Source of the DNA: Candidatus Nanohalobium sp.
Lineage (GTDB): Archaea; Nanohalarchaeota; Nanosalinia; Nanosalinales; Nanosalinaceae
Direction of reading: 5' to 3'
NCBI GenBank assembly: GCA_042217555.1
Contig: JBDGSL010000033.1
Location: forward strand, 865 to 64,864
DNA: 64,000 nt
The translations under genes were made by a program, and so were the position numbers. This document shows positions 8,319 to 17,771 of this stretch, piece by piece (the first letter of the stretch is position 1; every line of letters begins with the position of its first letter). Below the pieces are notes generated by a model. It was not told the origin of the DNA and ran no database searches. It saw nothing but the letters and a program-made list of their open reading frames with translations.

Positions 8319-9381
8319 AATAGTGCTGAATATTCGTATACATTCTAAGAACTACATTACCGCAAGCTCCCTCTGGAAGATAGATTCTCAGGAAATCCTC
8401 GCATACTTCAATATCAAGTTTATCTCCTGTATGCATATCAACCGCTGAAAACCTGAAATATCCGTCGGAAATTTCATTCTTTACTCCCCATAGGCGGAAT
8501 GGCTTACTGGAGGAGAAAATAGTCTTGATGAACTTTTCCATATCTTCGATTTCTCTGGCAAAATTGATGACAAGAGGCCTTCCCTTTACCGTTGTGCCAT
8601 GGCTTTTGGATTTATACTGTATAGCATTCTCTTGTTCAAGTCTATCAAGAGTCGATTTGTAGTTATCTCGAAGCGTTCTCATCTCTCTAAAATGAGATTC
8701 AACGGCATCGCCACGAGCAGTGAACTTGCCTTTGTAATTAATATCCTCTAGAAGAACTTCATCATCACATTTCTGCTTAACTCCAACTACAGAAAGAGAA
8801 GTGCTACCACTTACTTCCTCACTTTTCCTTAGAGTTTCAAGAACTGAATTTGCCTTTCTTCCCCAGAGTTGCATTGAAAGTTTGCCGATATCAGCGTCTT
8901 CCTCTTCCTCAGCTACCTCATCTTCAAACTGAAGATTAAATCTTCTGAAACTGTTAGAGTCTTCTCTCCAAATATCCTCCATAAAACGGTTAGAGAACCA
9001 TGTAAAATCCAATTTCGTATAACGAGGAAAAACCATCTTATTAATAACCTGCTTGGTAATCTCTGAACCTTCTAAACTGTGAATACTCCAGAAACGCTCA
9101 TCCATCTTATCCAGGTAGAACTCATAACGCTTATCATCCTTCTTAACCTTCAAAATCTTGAAACCCTGATTTTCAGTATCCTCCACCTTCATAGAAAACT
9201 GTTCTCCAGCCAAAACTGCCCCATCCAAACTTTCACGGTTAGTCTCAATCAAATTAGACTTCAAAAAATTCTGATCAACATCTAACTTCTGCTCATCCCT
9301 AACAGACTCATAAGAATCCTTCATCCTAGAATACAATAAATCTCTGAAATCGCTACGGGAATTAATTGAAACTTTAACCAC
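8260..9381 (-). CDS. uncharacterised 373-aa protein, operonic with the downstream nuclease
   Basis: Long ORF with host-like acidic composition; conserved-looking C-terminus VDMHTG..IYLPEGACGNVVLRMYTNIQHYFD; no family recognised. Confidence 0.75.
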   Translation of the reverse strand: MVKVSINSRSDFRDLLYSRMKDSYESVRDEQKLDVDQNFLKSNLIETNRESLDGAVLAGEQFSMKVEDTENQGFKILKVKKDDKRYEFYLDKMDERFWSIHSLEGSEITKQVINKMVFPRYTKLDFTWFSNRFMEDIWREDSNSFRRFNLQFEDEVAEEEEDADIGKLSMQLWGRKANSVLETLRKSEEVSGSTSLSVVGVKQKCDDEVLLEDINYKGKFTARGDAVESHFREMRTLRDNYKSTLDRLEQENAIQYKSKSHGTTVKGRPLVINFAREIEDMEKFIKTIFSSSKPFRLWGVKNEISDGYFRFSAVDMHTGDKLDIEVCEDFLRIYLPEGACGNVVLRMYTNIQHYFDSRANLRGDDSGEDITAH

Positions 9382-9459
9382 CTAAACTGCAATTAGTAAT
9401 ACTAGGATTTAAACTTTAAATTAGGGAGAAAGTTATCTTTTAGGGTACAAATATCAGCT

Positions 9460-10350
9460 ATGGGCGAAGATTCTCTAGAAGACTTCGAGGATGACAGAGA
9501 AAGAGATATAGATAGAATCGCTAAAGGCCCTATGTTGGAAGAACTTACTTCTACATTATTCGAGCTTGCAGGATTCAACACCACAGTTAGAGATGAATCA
9601 ACTGAGTATGAAATAGATGTCCTAGCGGAAGATCAAGATACCGAGATTATAATAGAATGTAAGAACCGCGGCAATGAAAGCATCTCTGTCAAAAATTTAA
9701 TCCACGAATGGAGCGGCAAAAAAGAAGAACTCGGCATCAAAAATGCTTTACTCGTATTAAACGGCGCCAAAGTCAAACAATCCGACAGAGATTTAGCCAG
9801 AAAAAACAAAATTAGAATCTGGAACACATCACAGCTTCAAAGAATGCTGAAAACAGTCAAGGAACAGCGTGAAGACGCAAAAGTCAAAATTCTAGAAGAC
9901 CTCAGAATAAATCTTGAAGAAGTCAGGAAATTAAGGGCAGAACGAAGAGAAAAATGGGAGCCACCGTATGAATTGATTTGGAGAGCTTATGTGAAATACG
10001 GTGGAAAAAGATGGAACTACATAGCTATAGGAATCAATGAAGACTCTGAAGAAAAATTCTGGGAAATCCTAAATGTAGATCAAGAATACTCTGATCACTT
10101 CAAATTCCAAAACGCATTCTCAAGAGACCAAGAAAAATTCTACCCGGCAAAAACAGTTCTACTGCCCATGTGGAAACTTGACAACAAACACGACGAGAAA
10201 ATAATCAAATACGCCGACGAAAACAATTACTACTGCATCATATTCAGAGACATCGAAATTGACATTGACCTAGAAAAATACGATATAGAAGTGAAAGAAA
10301 TAGAAGAAGTAGCCGACCAGATCAACACACAACTAGAGCACTGGAAATAA
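9460..10350 (+). CDS. Mrr-like restriction endonuclease
   Basis: LFELAGFNTTV..EIDVLAE..IIIECKN..A..KIRIWN Mrr_cat pattern, followed by a coiled coil and an unknown C-terminal domain. Confidence 0.75.
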   Translation: MGEDSLEDFEDDRERDIDRIAKGPMLEELTSTLFELAGFNTTVRDESTEYEIDVLAEDQDTEIIIECKNRGNESISVKNLIHEWSGKKEELGIKNALLVLNGAKVKQSDRDLARKNKIRIWNTSQLQRMLKTVKEQREDAKVKILEDLRINLEEVRKLRAERREKWEPPYELIWRAYVKYGGKRWNYIAIGINEDSEEKFWEILNVDQEYSDHFKFQNAFSRDQEKFYPAKTVLLPMWKLDNKHDEKIIKYADENNYYCIIFRDIEIDIDLEKYDIEVKEIEEVADQINTQLEHWK

Positions 10351-13300
10351 TTACTCTATGAAAGCCCAGCCTTGAATATCACCTTTGACCTCGCTCTTTG
10401 AAGCTAAGTCGGTTTGATAATCTGTTGATTCTTCGATATATTCATCCAAGAACTCTTCTAACTCGTCTAGGAGTTCGTCTACATCCCAGTCCACAAGTGT
10501 TTCTTCCTCCCTCAGTAAATCTCGGAGTATTCTACCCTCATCGGTATTCCTAAGATTTGGATTTTTCAACCTCTCTAGGACTCTTTCTGCGTTTTCTGTG
10601 CTTTCTCTCTCAGGAATGACTTTCTCCTCTAAGTACTGAACTATCATTTCCTGCTGTTTTGACTTCTTTTCTCCTTGCTTGTAGGCTCCTTCCAACTGTT
10701 TCTCTTTACTTTTTTTCAGTCTTTCTTCAACTTTTTCTTCTATCTGTTCTACTTGTTTTTCTACTTTTTCCTTTGGAGGATCTTGAAGTTCTTCTTGGTC
10801 TTTATCCAGTTCTTCTATCTGCCTGACGCTGTTCAAGGATTTTACGCGGCCCTTATTACTGGTGTAGAATATTTCTCTTTCATTTCTGTTCAGAGGAGAG
10901 TCTTTATCTTCATACCATAGATGCATAAGACCTAAGACATTTCCTTCGTCAAAGGCAGATTCAGGCAAGACTGTGTAAAGAGATTCCCTATCTTCAGGAG
11001 TTTCGCTGAAGAACTCTTCTGCAAATTCAAAGTCTGATTCAGTAAGATTGTAATCCTCTCTCAAGTCTTTCTTCAACCTTATCTTCTCGAAGGCCTTTTT
11101 CTCGCTTCTATCTGTCTGACTGAGCAGTTTATTCTGAGTAACATCGTCAAGCTCGTTAATATCCTCTGTAGAACGCGAATTCTCTACAGTCTCCTTAATC
11201 TCATCTAACTCGATTTCACCAATCTTTTTCTCTTTCTCAACCCCTGCTCGGTCCAGGACCTTATCTTCGTTAGGATCGAGAATATTATTCTCCTTACCTA
11301 CAATCATTGCGATATCGTCAATCTTTGCTCTCAACCTTTCTAGCAACTTGATTGCAGCCTCTAAATCCTCATCAGGGAAGAAGTTGAATACCTGTTTGTC
11401 TTCCTCTGTACCGATCCTGTCGATTCTTCCTACTCTCTGGACGATACGCATAGGATTCCAAGGCAGATCATAGTTAACTACTGTGTTAACATCCTGAAGG
11501 TTTACTCCCTCACTTAGCGTGTCGGTGGCAACTACAAAGTCGATTTCGGAGACTCCTTCCTCATCTAACACAGACTGATAACCTGCTGAGCTGGGGGAGA
11601 ACCTCTTTACAATTTCTCTCTTGTTGCTATCTCCGCCTTTGATAACTGCGCTGTTGCTTTGAGAAAGCGGCGATTCTGGATCATTAACTAGGTACTCATA
11701 GATGTAGTCCGCAGTAGCCTTATACTGTGTGAATATTACAGCCTTACCTTCAATATCATTAAGCGTATCACGCAGCAGCTCAACTTTTGTATCCTTGAAC
11801 TCTGAAATACTGAAAATGCTCTGATAGAACCCTTTTAATTTGTCCAAAGAATCATCCACATCTTTTCCGGGGAAGACTCTCTGATCATACATGTCGCCAT
11901 CTACATCAGGAATACTATCGAAATCGTTTCTTCTTAACCAGTTCTTGACATCATGGGTCATCTCATTCAACTCATGATTCTCCGGAGCAATTCCCGAAGC
12001 AAACATTGTGGCAAACTTTGACAACATTATGAAGTCTTCATAGATGAAGTTCTTGACATCCTCAACAGTAGCCTGAGCAAGATCATCGTTTATCTCATCC
12101 CCTTCCCTAACAATAGTTTCGTCCAGGCCTAAGTCCTCAAGAGCTTCATGAAGCTCTTCTGCAGCCTTATCATTCTGTGTGAAATCTTCCAGAGTAGATT
12201 CTTCCTCAGTTTCCTGTAAAGATCTAATTTTCTGATCATCAGGCAACTGCTTCAAAGTCTCTAACAGTAAAGTCTGGCTGTTGTACAAAGTTCTAAGAGA
12301 CTCAATAAACGACTTGGGGGAAGACTCAAGCCTCTTCAGCAAGTTCAGCTTGTAGAGAGCCTTCAAGGTTCCTCCTCCCTGAGGATTCCTGATTGTGATA
12401 TGGGAGAGATGCAAAGCATTCATTATATCTGGTAGAATCTCATAAGCAGGTTCGTAAGCCGCTGGAAGCTCATAATTTTTCTTGTGAACCTTAGGAGGAT
12501 TAAAGTTCATATCGAAGTCTTCTTGCTCCTTCAGCTGCTCCTTGACATCCTTTCTAGTTCTAAGAACCATAACTTCATCTAAAATATTTCCAATCTCCTT
12601 AGATTCCTCATTTAGCTGATCTACAATTCTGTCAATTTTGACCTGATCGGCGTCTCCTTCACGCAGCATCTTCTTTCTCTCAGCAGCTAGATCAATATAC
12701 TCATCGAAGGAATCAAAGTCAAGGCCTGAAATATTCCTAATTTCGTTCTCTCCTGTAAACAGATTAATCAGGTTCTTTAGATCCTCAGCGCTGTTGTTGA
12801 CTGGTGTAGCAGTCAACATGATCATTGTCTTTCCTTTCAACATCTTCATATTAGCGTAACGCCGAGTACCCTTGACATCATTACCGTCAGGCCTCCAATG
12901 ACCGCTGTTACGGAAACGATGAGCCTCGTCAATAAGAACAGTATCAAACTGGTCTCTCATCTCCTCTACTTCTTCGCGCTCCAACATCTGGAACTTTGTA
13001 ATACTCATGATCTCAATATGCTCGCCGTCAACCTCTAAACCGAAGTAAGGATTACCGTGCTCATCCGTCTCATTCTGCAAGAGATTCTCCCATTGATCCG
13101 TTAAGTGCGCAGGAACAACAAGCAAACAGTTCTGATTCAAGTCCCGGTAATCCCGCAGGAGTTCGGCTCCAATAAATGACTTTCCAAGGCCTACGCTGTC
13201 ACTGATAATACAACCGTTGTACCGTGCCAGTTTTTCTTTCGCACTGACATACCCAATATGCTGGAAATGGTACAGCGGACTGTCAAATCTTTCTCCAATG

Positions 13301-14079
13301 TGCCCGTCCAGAGCATCATAAGCTAATAATTTGTAGAACTCGAAAGGCTCAATCTTAGTGCCGAGATCAAGTTCGGATTCATCATCTCCTTCAGAACCTC
13401 CGCCACCTTGCTTCCAATCCTGGTACTGCTTATTGCTTTCAATTATATCAACCAGTTCTTCACTGAACTCCTGAGCATTATTCGTCCACTGAGAATCAAA
13501 CCAATCCTCAAAAGCCTCAGTCTCACGATCCTCACGAGTAGCCAAGTTTAACTCAATATTCTTAGTATGACCGCTTTTCGAAAAATTAGAAGAACCAACA
13601 ATAGTAGCGCCAGGCCTATTATCACCCTCATAATGATCCTCAGGCTTAGGCATCCTAAACGCCGCACCCTTAGCATGGAAAATACCCTGATCCGGAGTCT
13701 TAACCCTGATCTCAACAAGGCCTTCCGCAATAAAATCCTTTAAACGCTCCAAACGCTCCATCTGAGCATTATTCAACTCATCAATATCCTCATCAACAGC
13801 CTTCTCAACCTCATCACGCAGATTCATGCCCTCCTGAATCTCTTCAGCAGTAAAACGGTCAGTCTCACGACCCATCAAAATCCGGATAGGAGCACGACCC
13901 AACTCCTCAGGACTCTTCAAATTCTCCAACTCTTCCTTATACAAGTTGAAACCAGAGACATAGAAGTAACCAGTAGCCAAACGCGCCTCCTCACAACGCT
14001 TGAACACCTTCCTATACTCACTACGCAACTCAGTACCCTGATTATCAATAATAGGCCTCAAACTAAAATCCTCAGTCAT
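10351..14079 (-). CDS. phospholipase-D nuclease domain fused to SNF2-family helicase
   Basis: FHAK..GSSNFS (PLD-like); SDSVGLGKS, DEAH, LTATP, SEGVNLQ, QRVGRIDRIG. Confidence 0.9.
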   Translation of the reverse strand: MTEDFSLRPIIDNQGTELRSEYRKVFKRCEEARLATGYFYVSGFNLYKEELENLKSPEELGRAPIRILMGRETDRFTAEEIQEGMNLRDEVEKAVDEDIDELNNAQMERLERLKDFIAEGLVEIRVKTPDQGIFHAKGAAFRMPKPEDHYEGDNRPGATIVGSSNFSKSGHTKNIELNLATREDRETEAFEDWFDSQWTNNAQEFSEELVDIIESNKQYQDWKQGGGGSEGDDESELDLGTKIEPFEFYKLLAYDALDGHIGERFDSPLYHFQHIGYVSAKEKLARYNGCIISDSVGLGKSFIGAELLRDYRDLNQNCLLVVPAHLTDQWENLLQNETDEHGNPYFGLEVDGEHIEIMSITKFQMLEREEVEEMRDQFDTVLIDEAHRFRNSGHWRPDGNDVKGTRRYANMKMLKGKTMIMLTATPVNNSAEDLKNLINLFTGENEIRNISGLDFDSFDEYIDLAAERKKMLREGDADQVKIDRIVDQLNEESKEIGNILDEVMVLRTRKDVKEQLKEQEDFDMNFNPPKVHKKNYELPAAYEPAYEILPDIMNALHLSHITIRNPQGGGTLKALYKLNLLKRLESSPKSFIESLRTLYNSQTLLLETLKQLPDDQKIRSLQETEEESTLEDFTQNDKAAEELHEALEDLGLDETIVREGDEINDDLAQATVEDVKNFIYEDFIMLSKFATMFASGIAPENHELNEMTHDVKNWLRRNDFDSIPDVDGDMYDQRVFPGKDVDDSLDKLKGFYQSIFSISEFKDTKVELLRDTLNDIEGKAVIFTQYKATADYIYEYLVNDPESPLSQSNSAVIKGGDSNKREIVKRFSPSSAGYQSVLDEEGVSEIDFVVATDTLSEGVNLQDVNTVVNYDLPWNPMRIVQRVGRIDRIGTEEDKQVFNFFPDEDLEAAIKLLERLRAKIDDIAMIVGKENNILDPNEDKVLDRAGVEKEKKIGEIELDEIKETVENSRSTEDINELDDVTQNKLLSQTDRSEKKAFEKIRLKKDLREDYNLTESDFEFAEEFFSETPEDRESLYTVLPESAFDEGNVLGLMHLWYEDKDSPLNRNEREIFYTSNKGRVKSLNSVRQIEELDKDQEELQDPPKEKVEKQVEQIEEKVEERLKKSKEKQLEGAYKQGEKKSKQQEMIVQYLEEKVIPERESTENAERVLERLKNPNLRNTDEGRILRDLLREEETLVDWDVDELLDELEEFLDEYIEESTDYQTDLASKSEVKGDIQGWAFIE

Positions 14080-17000
14080 TCCAACGGACCCTCCTCATCT
14101 AACTCATCAAACTTCTCTAAAACCATATCAAAGTAATCCTCAGTCATCAAATCTGGATTCTCTATCGTATCAAAGTCGTTTATTAGGAATTTTGCTTCTT
14201 CTCTATCAAGTCCATATGCATGTATGACTGCTGCGTCTATTTCAGCTCTCAATTTGGCTCTTTCTTCTTCGTCTTCAACGGCTTCGATATCTAATCTTTC
14301 TCTGATTTCTTTGAATTCATCTCTATAACAGTTTAGTTTGGCGGAGCGCTCTGAAATATATTTGAACCATTCTTTTTGTCCATTAATTCGCGGCGCCTGA
14401 GTTTCTAAAACCTTATAGTTTGAGATATTAGCCTCAACTTTTGGTCTTAAAAGATAATCAAAACAGATACTATTCAGTATACCCGTAACAACAAAGAGTT
14501 CCCTATCAGTAAATCTTCTCTTATAGATCGACCTCAAAGGAAATTCATCCAGTTCATCTTCATTAGCATCGATTTTGTATGGCCTTATCGTAGTTATAGG
14601 GTCTACAGTAGCTACTCCAGGAGGCAATATTGCAGAGATCATAGTTCTCTCATTTGTGGTCTGTGTTACCTTCCTAAAAACCGGTCTATATGCAGTAGAA
14701 TCTAGTAGAACATCTTCAGAAGAATACTCTTTTCCTCTTTTCTTCTCCAGTTTGGAATTTAGAAAGCTAATTTGAGATTTGCTGGAATTTTCCCAGCCAA
14801 GTTGTCTTACAAGCTTTGATTTAAGGTTATCATAGTTTTTCTCCCTAATTCTGGCCTTGGCACTAGTTTCACTGTCTTTATCTTCATCTAAACTCCACAA
14901 GTTTGGTTCTTCAGCGTGCGGTTTCCTGTAAGAGTATTGATGTATTGTGGTTCCGCCTACTACAGGATAGTCTCCTCTATCTCTGTCATTGAAGAATCTA
15001 TCTCGAGCCTTGTTCTTATCTAATTCTCTGTAAGGCACCAAGTTCCAGGAATCTGATTTTTCTTTTCCAAGTTGAGGATTTCTGATCAAACTTTCTATGG
15101 TCTCCATATGCAGCTTCGATCTGATAGCTGGGAAAGAAACAGTCTCAGGTGAGTATTCCTCCAGTACTAGTCGAGGTGCTTCCACCGCCAGATTGTCCAT
15201 ATTTCTTAGAACATCAGTTTTTCCCTTCTCGTAACTGGTTAGTACTTTATCAGTTGATCCCTGCATATGGTATGTGATAATTCCAAATTTCTTCTGTTGA
15301 TGTAGATCGTCAAAAATGCCTCTATTTTCGAAGTTTAATACATGAGAGATACTTGTACTGTCTAGGAGTTCTTTTCTAAGGCTTTTCTTAGATCCGGCAG
15401 TGAATATTTTCGTTTTAGGAAGTAGTAAGCTGACATATCCCGTTTCTTTTGTTATATCGAATATTCTTTCAGCAAAGAGAGGAGCCAGATCAGTGTTTCC
15501 TGATAGAGTTTTTCCATCTACTACAGAAGTCTGAAGGTTATAATTGCCTGAAGAAGTGAAATAATCTGCTAGATTAGTTTTTTCTTCTTTTTTCTTTTCA
15601 TACTCTTCAACAATCTCAGAATCCTCTAGTAATTCCTCCTCTTTTTGATCTTTTTCATCTTTATCTCGCTGTCGGAAAGCAGGGTCATATTTTGAGAAGA
15701 ACTCCCCTCGAGTAAGCTTTACCTCTTCCCATGGAGGGTTTCCGATTATTACATCGAAGCCGCCTTCTGAGTAGACTTCTGCGAATTCGAGGACCCAGTG
15801 GAAGGGTGAGAATTCTTTGATGTCTTCCATGTCGACATCTTCGATTCCTGCTTCGTGGAACTGTTGGAGTATTTTTTCGTCAGGATCTTCGCGGTATTTT
15901 TCTAGTAGTTGGAAGGCTTCTTGTCTTGCTTTTTCTGCTTTTTCTCCGTTGCCTTCTTTTTCGTGTTTTTTGTAGGTTTTGATTTTTTGGATGATGTCGT
16001 TGTATTTTTTGTGGATGGCGTCTGGGCTGTATTGGTTGAGGTTGGCTTGGGATTTTTCGTCTTCGATGTCGTCGTTGAGGGCTTTTTCTATTGGTTCTGT
16101 GAATCCGATGAGGCTGTTTCCTTGTCGGATGTTGAAGTCGATGTTTGGTAGTGTTTCTACTTTGTGTGGGTCGTCGCCTTTTTCTAGGTCTGCGACGATT
16201 GAGAGCCATAGTCGTAGTTTGCAGATTTCTGTTGCTCCTTTGTCGATGTCTACGCCGTAGAGGTTGTTGAGTATGATTTGTCTTTTGGCGTGCATTGATT
16301 TTTCTGCTGAGGTTTTTGCTGCGTTGTTTTCCAGTTCTGTAACTAGGTCTTGGATTTTTTCTGTCATTTCCCAGCTTGCTTTTTCATCTAGTTTTTGGAA
16401 GTATTGGAGTGCTGACATGTAGATGTCGATCAGTACTTCTTGTGCTGCTAGGAGGAATGCTCCTGATCCTACTGCTGGGTCCAGTACTTTGAGGTCTTGG
16501 AGTACTTCGAAGTATAGGTGTTCTATTTCCTCTCTTTCTATTTCGTCTATATCTCCGATTATTACTGAGTTTTCATCTTCTTCCTCTACTTCGTCCGGTA
16601 TCTTGAATAGTTCGTCGATCTCTTCGTAGTCTTTATCGAATTCTTCGTTTATTCTGTCGAGAATGTATGGCTGGATCGTGTTTCTGGACATGAAGTGCGT
16701 GATTTCTTCCGGAGTGTAGTAGGCTCCCATCTCTTTCTGGTTGACGGTTTTCTCGAAAATATGTCCAAGTAGTTCTGGTGATAGCCTGTTTGGATCTACT
16801 ATGTCGAGTCTTTCGTCGGCGTGCCAGTTCCAGTCGCCTAGGAAGTCCAGTATCTCTGTGAATAATTTGTTGGTTTCTTCTGTGTCTTCTCCAAGTCTTA
16901 CATCTTCGTATTCTCTTTCTACATCTGTTTCTGTGAATAGGCCTCCGTTAAGGTATGGGAGTGTGTCATCTGGGTGTTCTTGGTCTGTTGCTAGCCATTT

Positions 17001-17690
17001 GAAGAAAAGTGGTTTGTAGAATTCTTCGTATACATCTCCGCCGTTTTCAATTATTTCGTCATGATTTTCTTCCAAGTAGTCCTGGTTGTAATCTAGGAGT
17101 TTCTTTTCCTGGATGAAATGAAGGAAGATTAATCGGTCAAAAATTGTCTGGGCGTAGTTCTGTTTTTTCTCTCCTTCGTCTTCAGGAATACCTGAGACCT
17201 TGTGGACCATGTCAGCCCTAATGCTCTCGAATTTTTCGTAAAATTCGTTTACTACCTTCTTGGTCTCGTAGAGCTGGTTGATTGACTGAGAATCGCCGTG
17301 CTCGATATTATTCAATTTTTCCAGTGCTGTATTTGCTTCTCCGCCAGGCCTGAACTGTTCTTTCTCTATCTGCCATCTGTTGTACTTGATCTGTCCGTGC
17401 TTGTCCCATGCTCTTCTGCGTGTAGTAAAAGTGAATTGTTCAAAGTCATCTGTAGAAACTACTTGTGTCTGCCGTGTAGAAGTCATCCTACTGTTGTAGT
17501 CTGATGCAGTTTCTTCTCCTGATGCCGTTACAATAGCCAAGAATTTTTCTTCATCTAGCTCCATCACAATTTCATCGTCGCTTCCTACATTTTCCAGTCG
17601 GTTAAGTCCCCTTTTCTCTAGTGTATCTGCGATATCTTCTTTAGAATTCCAGTCAAGAATATCTGACTTCTCGATAGTATCCAGCGGCAT
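14076..17690 (-). CDS. Eco57I/type IIG-like N6-adenine DNA methyltransferase with target-recognition region
   Basis: GAYYTP, LDPAVGSGAF, YGVDID, GNSL, IGNPPW; ATGA overlap with the helicase gene. Confidence 0.9.
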   Translation of the reverse strand: MPLDTIEKSDILDWNSKEDIADTLEKRGLNRLENVGSDDEIVMELDEEKFLAIVTASGEETASDYNSRMTSTRQTQVVSTDDFEQFTFTTRRRAWDKHGQIKYNRWQIEKEQFRPGGEANTALEKLNNIEHGDSQSINQLYETKKVVNEFYEKFESIRADMVHKVSGIPEDEGEKKQNYAQTIFDRLIFLHFIQEKKLLDYNQDYLEENHDEIIENGGDVYEEFYKPLFFKWLATDQEHPDDTLPYLNGGLFTETDVEREYEDVRLGEDTEETNKLFTEILDFLGDWNWHADERLDIVDPNRLSPELLGHIFEKTVNQKEMGAYYTPEEITHFMSRNTIQPYILDRINEEFDKDYEEIDELFKIPDEVEEEDENSVIIGDIDEIEREEIEHLYFEVLQDLKVLDPAVGSGAFLLAAQEVLIDIYMSALQYFQKLDEKASWEMTEKIQDLVTELENNAAKTSAEKSMHAKRQIILNNLYGVDIDKGATEICKLRLWLSIVADLEKGDDPHKVETLPNIDFNIRQGNSLIGFTEPIEKALNDDIEDEKSQANLNQYSPDAIHKKYNDIIQKIKTYKKHEKEGNGEKAEKARQEAFQLLEKYREDPDEKILQQFHEAGIEDVDMEDIKEFSPFHWVLEFAEVYSEGGFDVIIGNPPWEEVKLTRGEFFSKYDPAFRQRDKDEKDQKEEELLEDSEIVEEYEKKKEEKTNLADYFTSSGNYNLQTSVVDGKTLSGNTDLAPLFAERIFDITKETGYVSLLLPKTKIFTAGSKKSLRKELLDSTSISHVLNFENRGIFDDLHQQKKFGIITYHMQGSTDKVLTSYEKGKTDVLRNMDNLAVEAPRLVLEEYSPETVSFPAIRSKLHMETIESLIRNPQLGKEKSDSWNLVPYRELDKNKARDRFFNDRDRGDYPVVGGTTIHQYSYRKPHAEEPNLWSLDEDKDSETSAKARIREKNYDNLKSKLVRQLGWENSSKSQISFLNSKLEKKRGKEYSSEDVLLDSTAYRPVFRKVTQTTNERTMISAILPPGVATVDPITTIRPYKIDANEDELDEFPLRSIYKRRFTDRELFVVTGILNSICFDYLLRPKVEANISNYKVLETQAPRINGQKEWFKYISERSAKLNCYRDEFKEIRERLDIEAVEDEEERAKLRAEIDAAVIHAYGLDREEAKFLINDFDTIENPDLMTEDYFDMVLEKFDELDEEGPLE

Positions 17691-17771
17691 GTGTAATATG
17701 CTGTGTTATTTCTTTAAGAAACTCATATTTGAGGCGACAGGTTTAATTTAATTACACATTATAGGCTTAAT

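Noticed and set aside
15880-16260. Arg/Gln-rich or Phe/Val-rich overlapping ORFs (also e.g. 35454-35723, 36571-36885)
   Set aside because: Shadow frames produced by stop-codon depletion in strongly skewed segments of real genes
10351-17690. Complete DISARM or BREX system
   Set aside because: No drmA/drmB/drmC, brxC or pglZ genes in the window
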